DNA of 64,000 bases from Candidatus Moraniibacteriota bacterium (lineage in GTDB: Bacteria; Patescibacteriota; Minisyncoccia; Moranbacterales; UBA1568). Made by a program: the position numbers and the translations under genes. The notes under the pieces were generated by a model. That model searched no databases. It was not told the origin of the DNA and worked only from the letters and a program-made list of their open reading frames with translations. Numbering within the stretch: the stretch's first letter is position 1; every line of letters starts with the position of its first letter. The DNA lies in assembly GCA_030648835.1 (NCBI GenBank), contig JAUSGT010000002.1:501458-565457 (forward strand), read 5' to 3'. Of this stretch, positions 47,327 through 56,179 are shown one piece after another.

Positions 47327-48847
47327 ATGCATTGGAAACAAACTGTGACTGTACTCGCGATCATTGTCGTTGTAGGAACGGCACTCCGTTTTTCCGGACT
47401 GGGCGGCAACTCTTTTGTAGCGGATGAATTTTTGGATATGAATTCGGCGTATGGATATTCGCAAACGGGGCAGTGGAAGGCTTGGGATTTCAACTTCGGC
47501 ACATTGTCCGAAATCAACATTAACGCTCCACGTGATGAACGGGCGGTCGTCTATAAATGGCAGGTAGCACAGATCTTCCATTTTTTGCCACCGACTGAAG
47601 CTGTCGCGCGTTCTGTCAGCGTTCTCTGGGGAATCGTTTCCTTTCTCGTGGTTTTTTGGGCGGCGTACACGATGACGAAACGTCGGGAAATCGGACTGAT
47701 CGCGGCTTTTCTGTTTGCCGTTTCGGTGAGTGGTATTGTACTTGATCGGACGCTCCGGATGTACGCGATGTTCTTCCCGCTCTACCTTGCGACAGCTACG
47801 TTCGCGTTTCTCGCTTTGGAGAGAATGTATGTCGGAAAAATGCGCTTTTGTCGGTACGTGTGGGAAAAATGCGGCATCCATATACATTTCGCGTTGGCGG
47901 CCGGAGCATTCTTTCTTCTTTCGCTTTTGACACACCAGCTGACGGGAACGTTTGTTTTCGTCCTGGCCGCGTACCTTCTGGCGGGGGCACTCTTAGCATA
48001 CCGACAGGGGCAAACCCTCAAGAACAAGTATTTTATTTTACTGTGCGTTCTCTTCGTCAGCGTGGCAGGTATAGCGATTTTTTTCCCGAAATTTTTCCGC
48101 TCTTTCGCTTCCGGGCTGGTTTTCTTCGACAATCATTACGGTTATGTGGGTTACGTTCTCCGTGATTACTACCATCCTCTTTTGGCGACTCTGCTTATTC
48201 TTTTCGGTGGGTGGTGGATTGCCAAGCGTGAGCATATGCCGAAAGAATCGCTCTGGCTCACTCTCTCGCTTCTCATACCGCTTATGATGGCGATATGGAT
48301 GTGGCGGCGCAATGTCGGAGCGCAGTATATATTTTTTGTCCAGTCGTTTGCCCTGATACTGGTTTCCGGGGGTATTTTTGGCTTCTGGAGGCTTATTCAG
48401 GAGAAATGGAGCCTCAAGGCAAGAGCAATGTCTTTACTTGTTCTCGGTGTCATATTGCTCTTGGTACCGAACTGGGGCTATTTTGGTGAGGAAAATAACA
48501 CATATCACGAGACCTCGTCCGGAGACAACCCGAATTATCGAAAGGTCTTCACCTATTTCAAGAAAAATCATCAAGTGACAGATGTCCTGGTAACGCGTAA
48601 CGTTCGCAATTACTACTTTAGCGGCGCGAAAGTGCCTGTCTACGACCTCGGGGATGAGATTTCACAGACGCATCTGACGCAGACAGATTTAGAAAGGTTG
48701 ATGACGGAATATCAAACCGGTTGGGTGATCCTTTCGGACAATGACTATGACTATGTCGGCAAAGGAGTGAAAGAATTTCTGAACAAGAATCTGATTCGTG
48801 TCAGCAATGATCAGGTGCGCGGTATGATCGATGTGTACCGCTGGTAA
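47327..48847 (+). CDS. GT-C glycosyltransferase (PMT_2-like)
   Basis: LRF..LG..SF.ADE, E..AR..S, R..RMY. Confidence 0.8.
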   Translation: MHWKQTVTVLAIIVVVGTALRFSGLGGNSFVADEFLDMNSAYGYSQTGQWKAWDFNFGTLSEININAPRDERAVVYKWQVAQIFHFLPPTEAVARSVSVLWGIVSFLVVFWAAYTMTKRREIGLIAAFLFAVSVSGIVLDRTLRMYAMFFPLYLATATFAFLALERMYVGKMRFCRYVWEKCGIHIHFALAAGAFFLLSLLTHQLTGTFVFVLAAYLLAGALLAYRQGQTLKNKYFILLCVLFVSVAGIAIFFPKFFRSFASGLVFFDNHYGYVGYVLRDYYHPLLATLLILFGGWWIAKREHMPKESLWLTLSLLIPLMMAIWMWRRNVGAQYIFFVQSFALILVSGGIFGFWRLIQEKWSLKARAMSLLVLGVILLLVPNWGYFGEENNTYHETSSGDNPNYRKVFTYFKKNHQVTDVLVTRNVRNYYFSGAKVPVYDLGDEISQTHLTQTDLERLMTEYQTGWVILSDNDYDYVGKGVKEFLNKNLIRVSNDQVRGMIDVYRW

Positions 48848-48858
48848 AAACGAATAAA

Positions 48859-48958
48859 TCCAGCACCTTTCACCACAGGGTATTAAAACCCGTGGGAGGG
48901 ATTTATATTTTCATTCATCCCCATGGCAAGACCACAGGGTATTTTGGAAGGTGCTGGA
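48859..48958 (-). mobile_element. MITE family 1, copy 3 (inverted)
   Basis: Same TIRs; TAAA duplicated at 48855-58 and 48959-62. Confidence 0.8.
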
Positions 48959-48962
48959 TAAA

Positions 48963-49006
48963 AAAGAAAACGCTCGAGGCCGGTGGAGCTTCGAGCGTTT
49001 TTCTTT
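48963..49006. terminator. bidirectional terminator
   Basis: AAAGAAAACGCTCGAGGC-CGGTGGA-GCTTCGAGCGTTTTTCTTT between convergent genes. Confidence 0.75.
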
Positions 49007-49014
49007 GCGAAAAA

Positions 49015-50481
49015 TTATGATTTTTTGAAAAGTTTGAGAAAAGGGGCGATGTCTTCGTCTGCCAATTCGCCAAAAAACCTGAGTATTCCGAAGTAAGCGA
49101 TAAAGAGTACGGCGCCGGAAATGATGAAGCTGTACGCGCCATGCGGGAGAAAGCGTGAGAAAAAGAGTATGAGGAGGATGCTTGTCAGCGAGAACAGAAG
49201 AGTTTTTATCGGTATGTGGACATTGAAATGGCGTTTGGTGTAGACAAGGATACCGATTGTCAGAGCGAGACAAATGAGTGTGGTGGAAAGGGCGGCACCA
49301 ACGAGCTGCCACTTGGGTATGAGGAGAAAATTGAGTACGATCATGCCGAGGAATCCGAAGAACGCCAGTTTCATGGGGATTTTGACCAGTCCGGCGCCAT
49401 TCAGAGCAAAGCTTAATACGTAAAAAATTGTGAGAAATCCGACACCAACGGCATAGATACTCATCGGAGCGGCAGCGGCTTCGTATCTTTCTCCATAAAA
49501 GAGAGAGAGCACTTGGGGGGCATACAGAGCGAGCAGTGTCACCAGCGGGAACAACAGCAGTGTCAACAGGCGCAAAGAGCGATTGACGAGGTTCTCGGTT
49601 TCTCTCATGTTGTTTTCGGCGGTTGTTTTGGCGATCGCCGGCAGGAGAATGATGGCCAGCGCGTAAAACAAATAGTAAGGAATACGGCCAACGGTAATGG
49701 CGGCGTTGTAGATGCCGGTCTGGTAGTCGCTCTGGAGCAAACTTTTCACGAAGTACAGATCAAAGGTAAGAATACATTCATAAAAAAGGAGGAAAACGGT
49801 AAGTGGCCAAGCGTAGCGAAGGAGTGTCCGGTAGGGAAACGTGGAAGTGGTCTTGGCAGTATGCGCCGCGGGAAAGTATTTTTTCATCAGCATCTCTTCA
49901 AGCAAGAAACCAACCAGAAAAACGACGAGAGGGGACAGAATGTTTCCTGATATGGCGCCTTTGACGCCGAAGATGTAGGCGAGAGCAATAATAAAAAGCA
50001 CTCTCCCGAGAGAGCGGATAATTTTCAGTATGGCTTGAAGGCGGAAAAAATGCAGACCAACAAAGAAGTAGAGATTGAAAGAGGCCGCCGCGAAAGTGGG
50101 GATGACGAGAGCCGAGAGTTGAAACAAAGGAGTGAGACTCGGATCATGAAGAAGCCAGGCGATCGCTGGAGCCGAGAAAAAGAATACGAGCGTGACTACT
50201 CCCATGATGATGGCCTGGAGCTTCATGGCGGAGAGCCGGATGCCGAAGATTTGTTCGGGACTTTTTTCGAAGGCGGCACTCAAGTACTTCGACATGGTAG
50301 TGGGGATACCGTTGCCGATAAGCACGATGACCATCGTCGTGAGAGTGATGACGAGGCCGTAGCGTCCGTAGGCTTCCGGTCCCAAGATGCGGCCGGTAGC
50401 CGAATGGACGATGTAACCGGAGAGATTATAGATGATCTCAGCCACCGTGAGCCAGGCGAGAGATGATGAGAAGTTTTTCAT
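49015..50481 (-). CDS. Wzx-like polysaccharide flippase
   Basis: RILGPEAYG.Y, D...VK, GIY.AA, LN..LIP.W...GAA; about 14 TMs. Confidence 0.88.
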   Translation of the reverse strand: MKNFSSSLAWLTVAEIIYNLSGYIVHSATGRILGPEAYGRYGLVITLTTMVIVLIGNGIPTTMSKYLSAAFEKSPEQIFGIRLSAMKLQAIIMGVVTLVFFFSAPAIAWLLHDPSLTPLFQLSALVIPTFAAASFNLYFFVGLHFFRLQAILKIIRSLGRVLFIIALAYIFGVKGAISGNILSPLVVFLVGFLLEEMLMKKYFPAAHTAKTTSTFPYRTLLRYAWPLTVFLLFYECILTFDLYFVKSLLQSDYQTGIYNAAITVGRIPYYLFYALAIILLPAIAKTTAENNMRETENLVNRSLRLLTLLLFPLVTLLALYAPQVLSLFYGERYEAAAAPMSIYAVGVGFLTIFYVLSFALNGAGLVKIPMKLAFFGFLGMIVLNFLLIPKWQLVGAALSTTLICLALTIGILVYTKRHFNVHIPIKTLLFSLTSILLILFFSRFLPHGAYSFIISGAVLFIAYFGILRFFGELADEDIAPFLKLFKKS

Positions 50482-51095
50482 ATTTTACTCAAAATTTCTT
50501 CAGAAATAATTTCCTTTTCTCTATTTGCATCGATAACAATCATTTTCCACTGGGGAATCTTCTGTTGGAAAAGTGCCTGTTTCACTCGGAGATATTCAAT
50601 ACCCTGTTCCGGCGTCCGTTCGCGAGACATGATAGTTTCGGGGGAGATGTCAAAATAGAACGCAATGTCTGCTTTCGGCATCCATTTTACCAAAATTTTC
50701 GTACCAAAATTAAGTATTGACTTCAAAGAGGAAACTTTTTGTGTTAGATATTCGATATTGATGATCGAGTCATAGAAAAAACGATCAGAAAGGAGGTAGT
50801 CGTAGTTCTCCTTGCGGAGTTTCTTGCGCAGAAACCAGAAGCGCACCATGTCGATAAACAAAAATTTGAGGCGCGTATGGAGAGTGAACCATGAAGCGTT
50901 GATTGAAGCCTTTTCTTTACCCGGTTGAAAGCTTTTTTGACCTTTGAAAAATCGGGCGACCCGGTTAGCCAAAGAGAATTCGACGGCATGAAAATAGGCT
51001 ATCTTTCTGCCTTCCCGTTCCAATTTTTCTCGCAAAAGGTTCAACTGGGTCGATTTGCCTGAGCCATCAACACCGGAAAAAGTAATAAATTTCAT
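50478..51095 (-). CDS. thymidylate-kinase-like P-loop kinase
   Basis: ITFSGVDGSGKSTQ, DRFFYD, P..D..FYFD..PE....R, IDAN; lacks the canonical REP motif. Confidence 0.8.
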   Translation of the reverse strand: MKFITFSGVDGSGKSTQLNLLREKLEREGRKIAYFHAVEFSLANRVARFFKGQKSFQPGKEKASINASWFTLHTRLKFLFIDMVRFWFLRKKLRKENYDYLLSDRFFYDSIINIEYLTQKVSSLKSILNFGTKILVKWMPKADIAFYFDISPETIMSRERTPEQGIEYLRVKQALFQQKIPQWKMIVIDANREKEIISEEILSKI

Positions 51096-51101
51096 GGTGT
51101 T

Positions 51102-52607
51102 TTAATACATAATAACTGAAATTGGCTGCATTTTTACCACGACCTTTCCGACATTATTCGCGGTGACATTTTCAATCACTTCTTCCCCGCGTTTGTAGTG
51201 AGAAGCATCCTGTTCGATGACATGCGATGAGCGGCCATTGTAGAGTTTTACGCCTTTTGTTTTGAGTTTTTCGTGGAGTTCTTCTTTGTTTTGTGGGATG
51301 ACGGTATCTGTTTTTTCCGTTGCGCGGCCCGCGCCGTGATTGCTGGAATAAAAACTGGATTGGTTGTCATCTTGGCCGACACAAAGGTAGGCTTCACTAC
51401 TCATAGAAATCGGGATAAAGGCCGGCTCACCGGTACTTCCGAAGAGGGGGTGATTCTCCATACGTGACTTTCCATACGCGCGGGATGTCCCGTTGCGATG
51501 GACCCAGATTTTTTTGCCGTAGTGTTCTTCCTGTGAAACGAGGATGTGCGGCATATCATAGAGGAGATCCATTTCCGGATCGCGGCCAAGGACTTTCTTG
51601 ATAGTTTCGGAGATGTTGTGAGTAATGGTAGCCCGGTTGGCGTGGGCAAAGTTGGAGCAGGCGTTGCGGGCGGCCATATAGAGCTGGCCATCTTCGGCGC
51701 TTCCGTCAAAAGTAATCAGTGGCTCTTTTTTTCCAAAATCCGATTGGCGAATTTTTTTCGCGATTTGGGCGACGGTTTTTTTGAAGGGCGTTCTCCAAAA
51801 AAAGCGGCCGATATTCATAAGGATAGCGGTTGATAAGTGTTCCCTCTTCTTGGCGGTATACATGTACATCGTGTACTGGCCAAGAATGCCGGAGCCGCAA
51901 TGTACCATAAAGACGTATTGACCCCGTTCTAAACCGAATTTTTTGGCTGTTTCTTCATCGACGACTTCGGTGATTTTCATCAGATCGAGGAAATGATTGC
52001 CGGCTGCCCCGAGTACACCAGCCCGAATTTGGGCGAAAAAAAGAAACAATTTTGGGATGACATTGAAAATATCTTTGGCTGTCACCTCTCGACTGAAGAA
52101 ATTGCCTCTCTCAATGCAGTTCAAGGTTTCATTCTTCGTTTTTATTCCCAAATATTTGATAAGCGGGGCAATACCCAGGCGGCAGATATCCACGACGACC
52201 GAGAAGGGGAGGTAGGTGCCGATGAATTTTTTGGTTGGTACGGTCTTTGTCAACTCTCGGAAGAGTTTGCCCAACTCATCTTCGGTAATATTGGTATCGT
52301 TCAGATTGGTACGGACAAGACGCATACCGCAGGCCGGATCAGAATCATTCACCTGAGGGAGGATATATTTTTCTGAAGTCACCGTCGTACCGGTGGCATT
52401 TTTGCGACCGGGCTTGGAATGCACATCGGCCATCGCGGCGATGTGATGGAAGACACAATCGTTTGAAGCGACGCTTTCCAATTGTGTGAGTGTAGCGGTT
52501 TCCGGCATCAGTTTCTCTTCCATATGAAAAACGACCGGGACTTTCATCTTGTCGGTCTTCATTTCGCTTTTATATGGAGAGAGTTTGGTAATATTGTCTT
52601 TGTACAT
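51102..52607 (-). CDS. rtcB: divergent RtcB-family protein
   Basis: MADVH, DPACGMR, GNHF, VHCGS, YDMPH, VHRNG, HGAGR, YK motifs in RtcB order. Confidence 0.85.
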   Translation of the reverse strand: MYKDNITKLSPYKSEMKTDKMKVPVVFHMEEKLMPETATLTQLESVASNDCVFHHIAAMADVHSKPGRKNATGTTVTSEKYILPQVNDSDPACGMRLVRTNLNDTNITEDELGKLFRELTKTVPTKKFIGTYLPFSVVVDICRLGIAPLIKYLGIKTKNETLNCIERGNFFSREVTAKDIFNVIPKLFLFFAQIRAGVLGAAGNHFLDLMKITEVVDEETAKKFGLERGQYVFMVHCGSGILGQYTMYMYTAKKREHLSTAILMNIGRFFWRTPFKKTVAQIAKKIRQSDFGKKEPLITFDGSAEDGQLYMAARNACSNFAHANRATITHNISETIKKVLGRDPEMDLLYDMPHILVSQEEHYGKKIWVHRNGTSRAYGKSRMENHPLFGSTGEPAFIPISMSSEAYLCVGQDDNQSSFYSSNHGAGRATEKTDTVIPQNKEELHEKLKTKGVKLYNGRSSHVIEQDASHYKRGEEVIENVTANNVGKVVVKMQPISVIMY

Positions 52608-52620
52608 AGCAAGCTTTTCA

Positions 52621-52720
52621 AATTTCTAATATCCAATACCTAATTTCTAATGAATACTTTAATATCAAATTCCTAAATTCAGTATTTTATTTGGTATTAG
52701 GAATTAGATATTAGGTATTT
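52621..52720. repeat. inverted heptamer arrays (AATWYCT / AGRWATT)
   Basis: AATTTCT AATATCC AATACCT AATTTCT AATGAA ... GGTATTA GGAATTA GATATTA GGTATTT. Confidence 0.7.
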
Positions 52721-53842
52721 TCACGAAAGTGAAGTATAGATTTCTTCGTACTGCTTAGCCGTATTTTTCAGATCAAGGTGTTGTTCTACAAAGGCTCTGG
52801 CTTCGCGACCGAGTGATTCGCAAACCGCCTTATTATCCTTTAGATAAGCCACAGATTCGATAAGTTTCGTCCCTGAATCTTTTGGAATAGTAACACAAAT
52901 ACGTTCATTGGCAAACTCTCGGAACTCCAGTAGATCGGAAAGAATGACCGGTTTTCCACAGGCATAGGCTTCAATAATCACCAGCGGCACATCGAATTTT
53001 CCTTTCAGATCGGCGACGGGAAAAATGATAAGATCGGAGGAATTGTAAAAACCGACAACATCGGTAATGGTATTCGCCGGGAAATAGGCGTAATGAAGGA
53101 GGTTGGCATGAGCGAACTGTTTTTCAATGTTGGCTTTTTTTTCTGCATCAGCGGTGTTTTTCACACGGCCGGGAAATACGATACGGATATTTGTTTCCGG
53201 ATTTTTCCGAAAAAAATCAATAAATGTTTTCGCGATCATATCGGTTGCGCCGAGGCGCGCATATTCGCCGACATAACTTACGATGAAATGTTCCTCAGTA
53301 AATCCCAGTTGTTTCAAGAGAGGAAGATTCTTTGGTTGCGGATGGAACTTATTTAAGTCAATGCCAGGATAGATGTGAGTCACATTGGTAAATCCCAACT
53401 TCTCAAGCTTCTGTTTTGCCGTATCGGTATAAACGACGAGCTGGTCGGCAAAAAAGAACGAACGTAACTCATCGGGGGAGTAGAGGTCATCGCGGAGTGT
53501 GGCAATGGTCTGGAGCGTTTTCCCTCTGGTCGGTTTGGCAAACCATTTGATAAGATTTGTGTTTTGTTTGGTCGGGGTAAAGAGGTAGTGTGTAATGTCG
53601 AATCGAGCACGCGCTTGACGAAGATAAGAGAACAATTCATATTTTGTTCTGAGATAAAAACGACCGCTTGAGAAAATTGATTCTTGACGGACGCTCTCCG
53701 GTAACTTCGAAAGAGGCTCTTTTGTCGTGAGGAGGGTCAGGGAATGATTTTTCACCTCTCTTCCAAGAAAATAGGCGAAATTTTTGGAAGCTTCATCCCA
53801 AGGAGGGACAAGTGGTCGGGTAGCGAGGAGTATTTTTTTCAT
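52721..53842 (-). CDS. GT4 glycosyltransferase
   Basis: IYPGID...F, PLVIIEAYACGKPVI. Confidence 0.88.
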   Translation of the reverse strand: MKKILLATRPLVPPWDEASKNFAYFLGREVKNHSLTLLTTKEPLSKLPESVRQESIFSSGRFYLRTKYELFSYLRQARARFDITHYLFTPTKQNTNLIKWFAKPTRGKTLQTIATLRDDLYSPDELRSFFFADQLVVYTDTAKQKLEKLGFTNVTHIYPGIDLNKFHPQPKNLPLLKQLGFTEEHFIVSYVGEYARLGATDMIAKTFIDFFRKNPETNIRIVFPGRVKNTADAEKKANIEKQFAHANLLHYAYFPANTITDVVGFYNSSDLIIFPVADLKGKFDVPLVIIEAYACGKPVILSDLLEFREFANERICVTIPKDSGTKLIESVAYLKDNKAVCESLGREARAFVEQHLDLKNTAKQYEEIYTSLS

Positions 53843-53853
53843 AATATTTTACA

Positions 53854-54207
53854 TTATCTATAGATTTCTTTCTTTTCATTCCCAGTCGTGACGGTGATTT
53901 TTACGCGTTCTTTTTGTTTCGCGATGGACGGAGGCGTAACGATTGTCTTTTCTCCACGCTTCGCGATGAATGTATCTTTCGAAATAATCTCTTTCCCTAC
54001 GGCAATTTCATATTGAAAATCGGTCTTGTCGCTATGGTTTTCTAGAGTAAAACTGAGACTCTCTTCCCGTTCCGGCGCAGTGAACGAAAATGTCCACCAG
54101 TTTTTCCCTTGGTCGGGATCCAATTCACGCTCATTCTGCCAGAAAAGGAATACCGTAGTGGCGGTGAAAAAAAGAAACAAGCCGATAACGAGGTGTTTTT
54201 GTGGCAT
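53854..54207 (-). CDS. small membrane-anchored beta-sandwich protein, hypothetical
   Basis: N-terminal TM then FTLENH; the ATG lies just after the upstream stop. Confidence 0.7.
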   Translation of the reverse strand: MPQKHLVIGLFLFFTATTVFLFWQNERELDPDQGKNWWTFSFTAPEREESLSFTLENHSDKTDFQYEIAVGKEIISKDTFIAKRGEKTIVTPPSIAKQKERVKITVTTGNEKKEIYR

Positions 54208-54208
54208 A

Positions 54209-56176
54209 TTACTTTTTGCGTTGATAGATATGGATGTCATCGGAGGCGTAGATACGGGAAAACTGTTCTGATTTTTCGAATTGGGTCGTATCGAAATGAG
54301 GATTGATGATGACGAAGTTGACATCGAGATCAGCATAGCATTTTTCCCCGCGAGCCGTATTGGGTATGGAAATCATAAGAAGGGTACACTGTTCGCGATT
54401 GGGATTGTCTTCATAGCGTTTGAAGAAACCGCGCGAAAGCGGGTAGGCGTAGTCACGGAGAAAAAAGAGCTTTATCCAAGAATCGGCCGCGATGTAATTG
54501 TGATCTTTGAGAATGTTTTTCCCTTCACTGTGTTCCGCGAGATAGCGTGAGGCGGAAAACGTTTGGAGAAGAGAGAGCGCTTTGCTTTTGGGAAGAAGCG
54601 TCTGATTGTTATCGAGGGATCCGTTACCGAGAGAAAAAACGAAGAGAGTCAGACTCATAATGAGGATAACCATGCCTGGTACGCGCAATTTCGACTGGGC
54701 GTTACGAAGCGTGGCAAAAAAAGTGATGGTCGCAAACGCCGAGAGGAGACCGATGGGAAAGGAAAAGTAGGTTACGATGCGATTGGAGGGAATGTCGATG
54801 AAGAGCCATTGTGGACGGAGAGTCATAATGAGGAGAATGGCACACCATCCGATGAGAAAAGCTCCGGCATAGCGTCTCTGTCGGCGCAAACCTGCCAAAA
54901 TGGCCAACCCGACCAGACCGAGGGCAATGCGCGCCTCTCCTCCTGAAGAAGCCAGTTGAAAAAAAGAAAGTCCGGTACGCGTGGTTTTTGTTGGTGTCCC
55001 GATCGCGGTAACGACGGCATTCGTTTCGATATAGGTCGGCATAGCTACTCCGAAAAAGAAAACGATAGAGAGACAAGCGACGAGAAGCGGTCCCGGGGAA
55101 GAAACAAGTTTCCACCAGGAAGAGAGGAGGGTTTCAAGAGTGTCATAATGGGTGATCAAATACAGAAGCATTGAAGCAACCAGTACGAAAAGAAGAATGA
55201 GTGTGCTCAGATGATGTGTGTAGGCGAGAACGAAGGTGAGAAAAAAACCAAGCGCGAGAAAACCGGGACGTTTCTCTCTGAATGCCCGGTAGAGGACAAG
55301 GAGAATGAGCGGGATGAAAAAATTGCCTATGACGTTGCCCACTACGCCACCGGAAACAAATTTGGCTTGCGGTGAGGCAAGCGTGAAGAGCGGACCAAAG
55401 AAGAAAAGTGTTGCGAGAGCGATGTTTTGCGGTGTTAGAGCGTTTTTCGGAAGAAGTGGACTTTGCATGCCGGAGGCAAAACGGAGAGCCAGGATGGAAA
55501 GCGTGAGCAGGCTCAAAACATTGATAAGTAAGAGGAAAACCACCGGAAAGGCGGAGAGGAAATCAAGTCCCGTAAACAGAGAGAGAGCCGCAAAAGGCAG
55601 GTGTTCGCCGATAATGAAGTCGGGGATCGGTTCCGGTTCCGTTAGTCTATAGATGCCATCCGTGCCCGTAATGATCTCTTGTTTGGCATAGGAAGGCAGC
55701 GTTCCTGTTGTAACAATCAATTTAGACCAGTACATATGGTGCCCGAGATCAGTGGCCGTGGGAAGTATCGCATGCGTCAGATAAATCACCTTGATAAAGA
55801 GTGTCAGAGCGATGAGAATGATAAAGAGTGTGCCTTGCCGCCTACTGAAAGAAAATGTTTGTTCCGGTATTTCTTCCGTTCTCGTCTCGTTTTTTTTCAG
55901 GCGCTTTGTTATGAATGTTGCGTTGACAAGGAGAGCAAGGGTGGCAATCATCCCGACAAACAGTGAGAAAATATTGATCGCGATACCGAGTTTTCCGATG
56001 ATGATCATGAGAAAATCAATCAATCCGAGACTGATGCCGAAAGAAAGAATGAGCCTTTCCAAAGGGGAAAAGAGACTTTGTTTTTTGAAAAACACACGGA
56101 GAAGGGTCCAGCCGGGAAGATAGAAAAGTATCCCGGTAGCGAGAAAAAAAACAAATGTATCAATGAGTGGGCGCAT
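54209..56176 (-). CDS. GT-C-like polytopic membrane protein (archaeal-type N-terminus)
   Basis: LPGW...ERL.LS.G.S, TDLGHH, THHLS; many TMs. Confidence 0.65.
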   Translation of the reverse strand: MRPLIDTFVFFLATGILFYLPGWTLLRVFFKKQSLFSPLERLILSFGISLGLIDFLMIIIGKLGIAINIFSLFVGMIATLALLVNATFITKRLKKNETRTEEIPEQTFSFSRRQGTLFIILIALTLFIKVIYLTHAILPTATDLGHHMYWSKLIVTTGTLPSYAKQEIITGTDGIYRLTEPEPIPDFIIGEHLPFAALSLFTGLDFLSAFPVVFLLLINVLSLLTLSILALRFASGMQSPLLPKNALTPQNIALATLFFFGPLFTLASPQAKFVSGGVVGNVIGNFFIPLILLVLYRAFREKRPGFLALGFFLTFVLAYTHHLSTLILLFVLVASMLLYLITHYDTLETLLSSWWKLVSSPGPLLVACLSIVFFFGVAMPTYIETNAVVTAIGTPTKTTRTGLSFFQLASSGGEARIALGLVGLAILAGLRRQRRYAGAFLIGWCAILLIMTLRPQWLFIDIPSNRIVTYFSFPIGLLSAFATITFFATLRNAQSKLRVPGMVILIMSLTLFVFSLGNGSLDNNQTLLPKSKALSLLQTFSASRYLAEHSEGKNILKDHNYIAADSWIKLFFLRDYAYPLSRGFFKRYEDNPNREQCTLLMISIPNTARGEKCYADLDVNFVIINPHFDTTQFEKSEQFSRIYASDDIHIYQRKK

Positions 56177-56179
56177 AGC

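Noticed and set aside
30801-48962. Repeated ~100-bp units as a CRISPR array or integron attC sites
   Set aside because: Copies are dispersed, have TIRs and 4-bp duplications, and lack spacers, cas genes, intI or RYYYAAC/GTTRRRY ends.
50478-51095. Housekeeping tmk
   Set aside because: Lacks the FEG and REP motifs of canonical Tmk and is coupled to a flippase; left as Tmk-like without a symbol.
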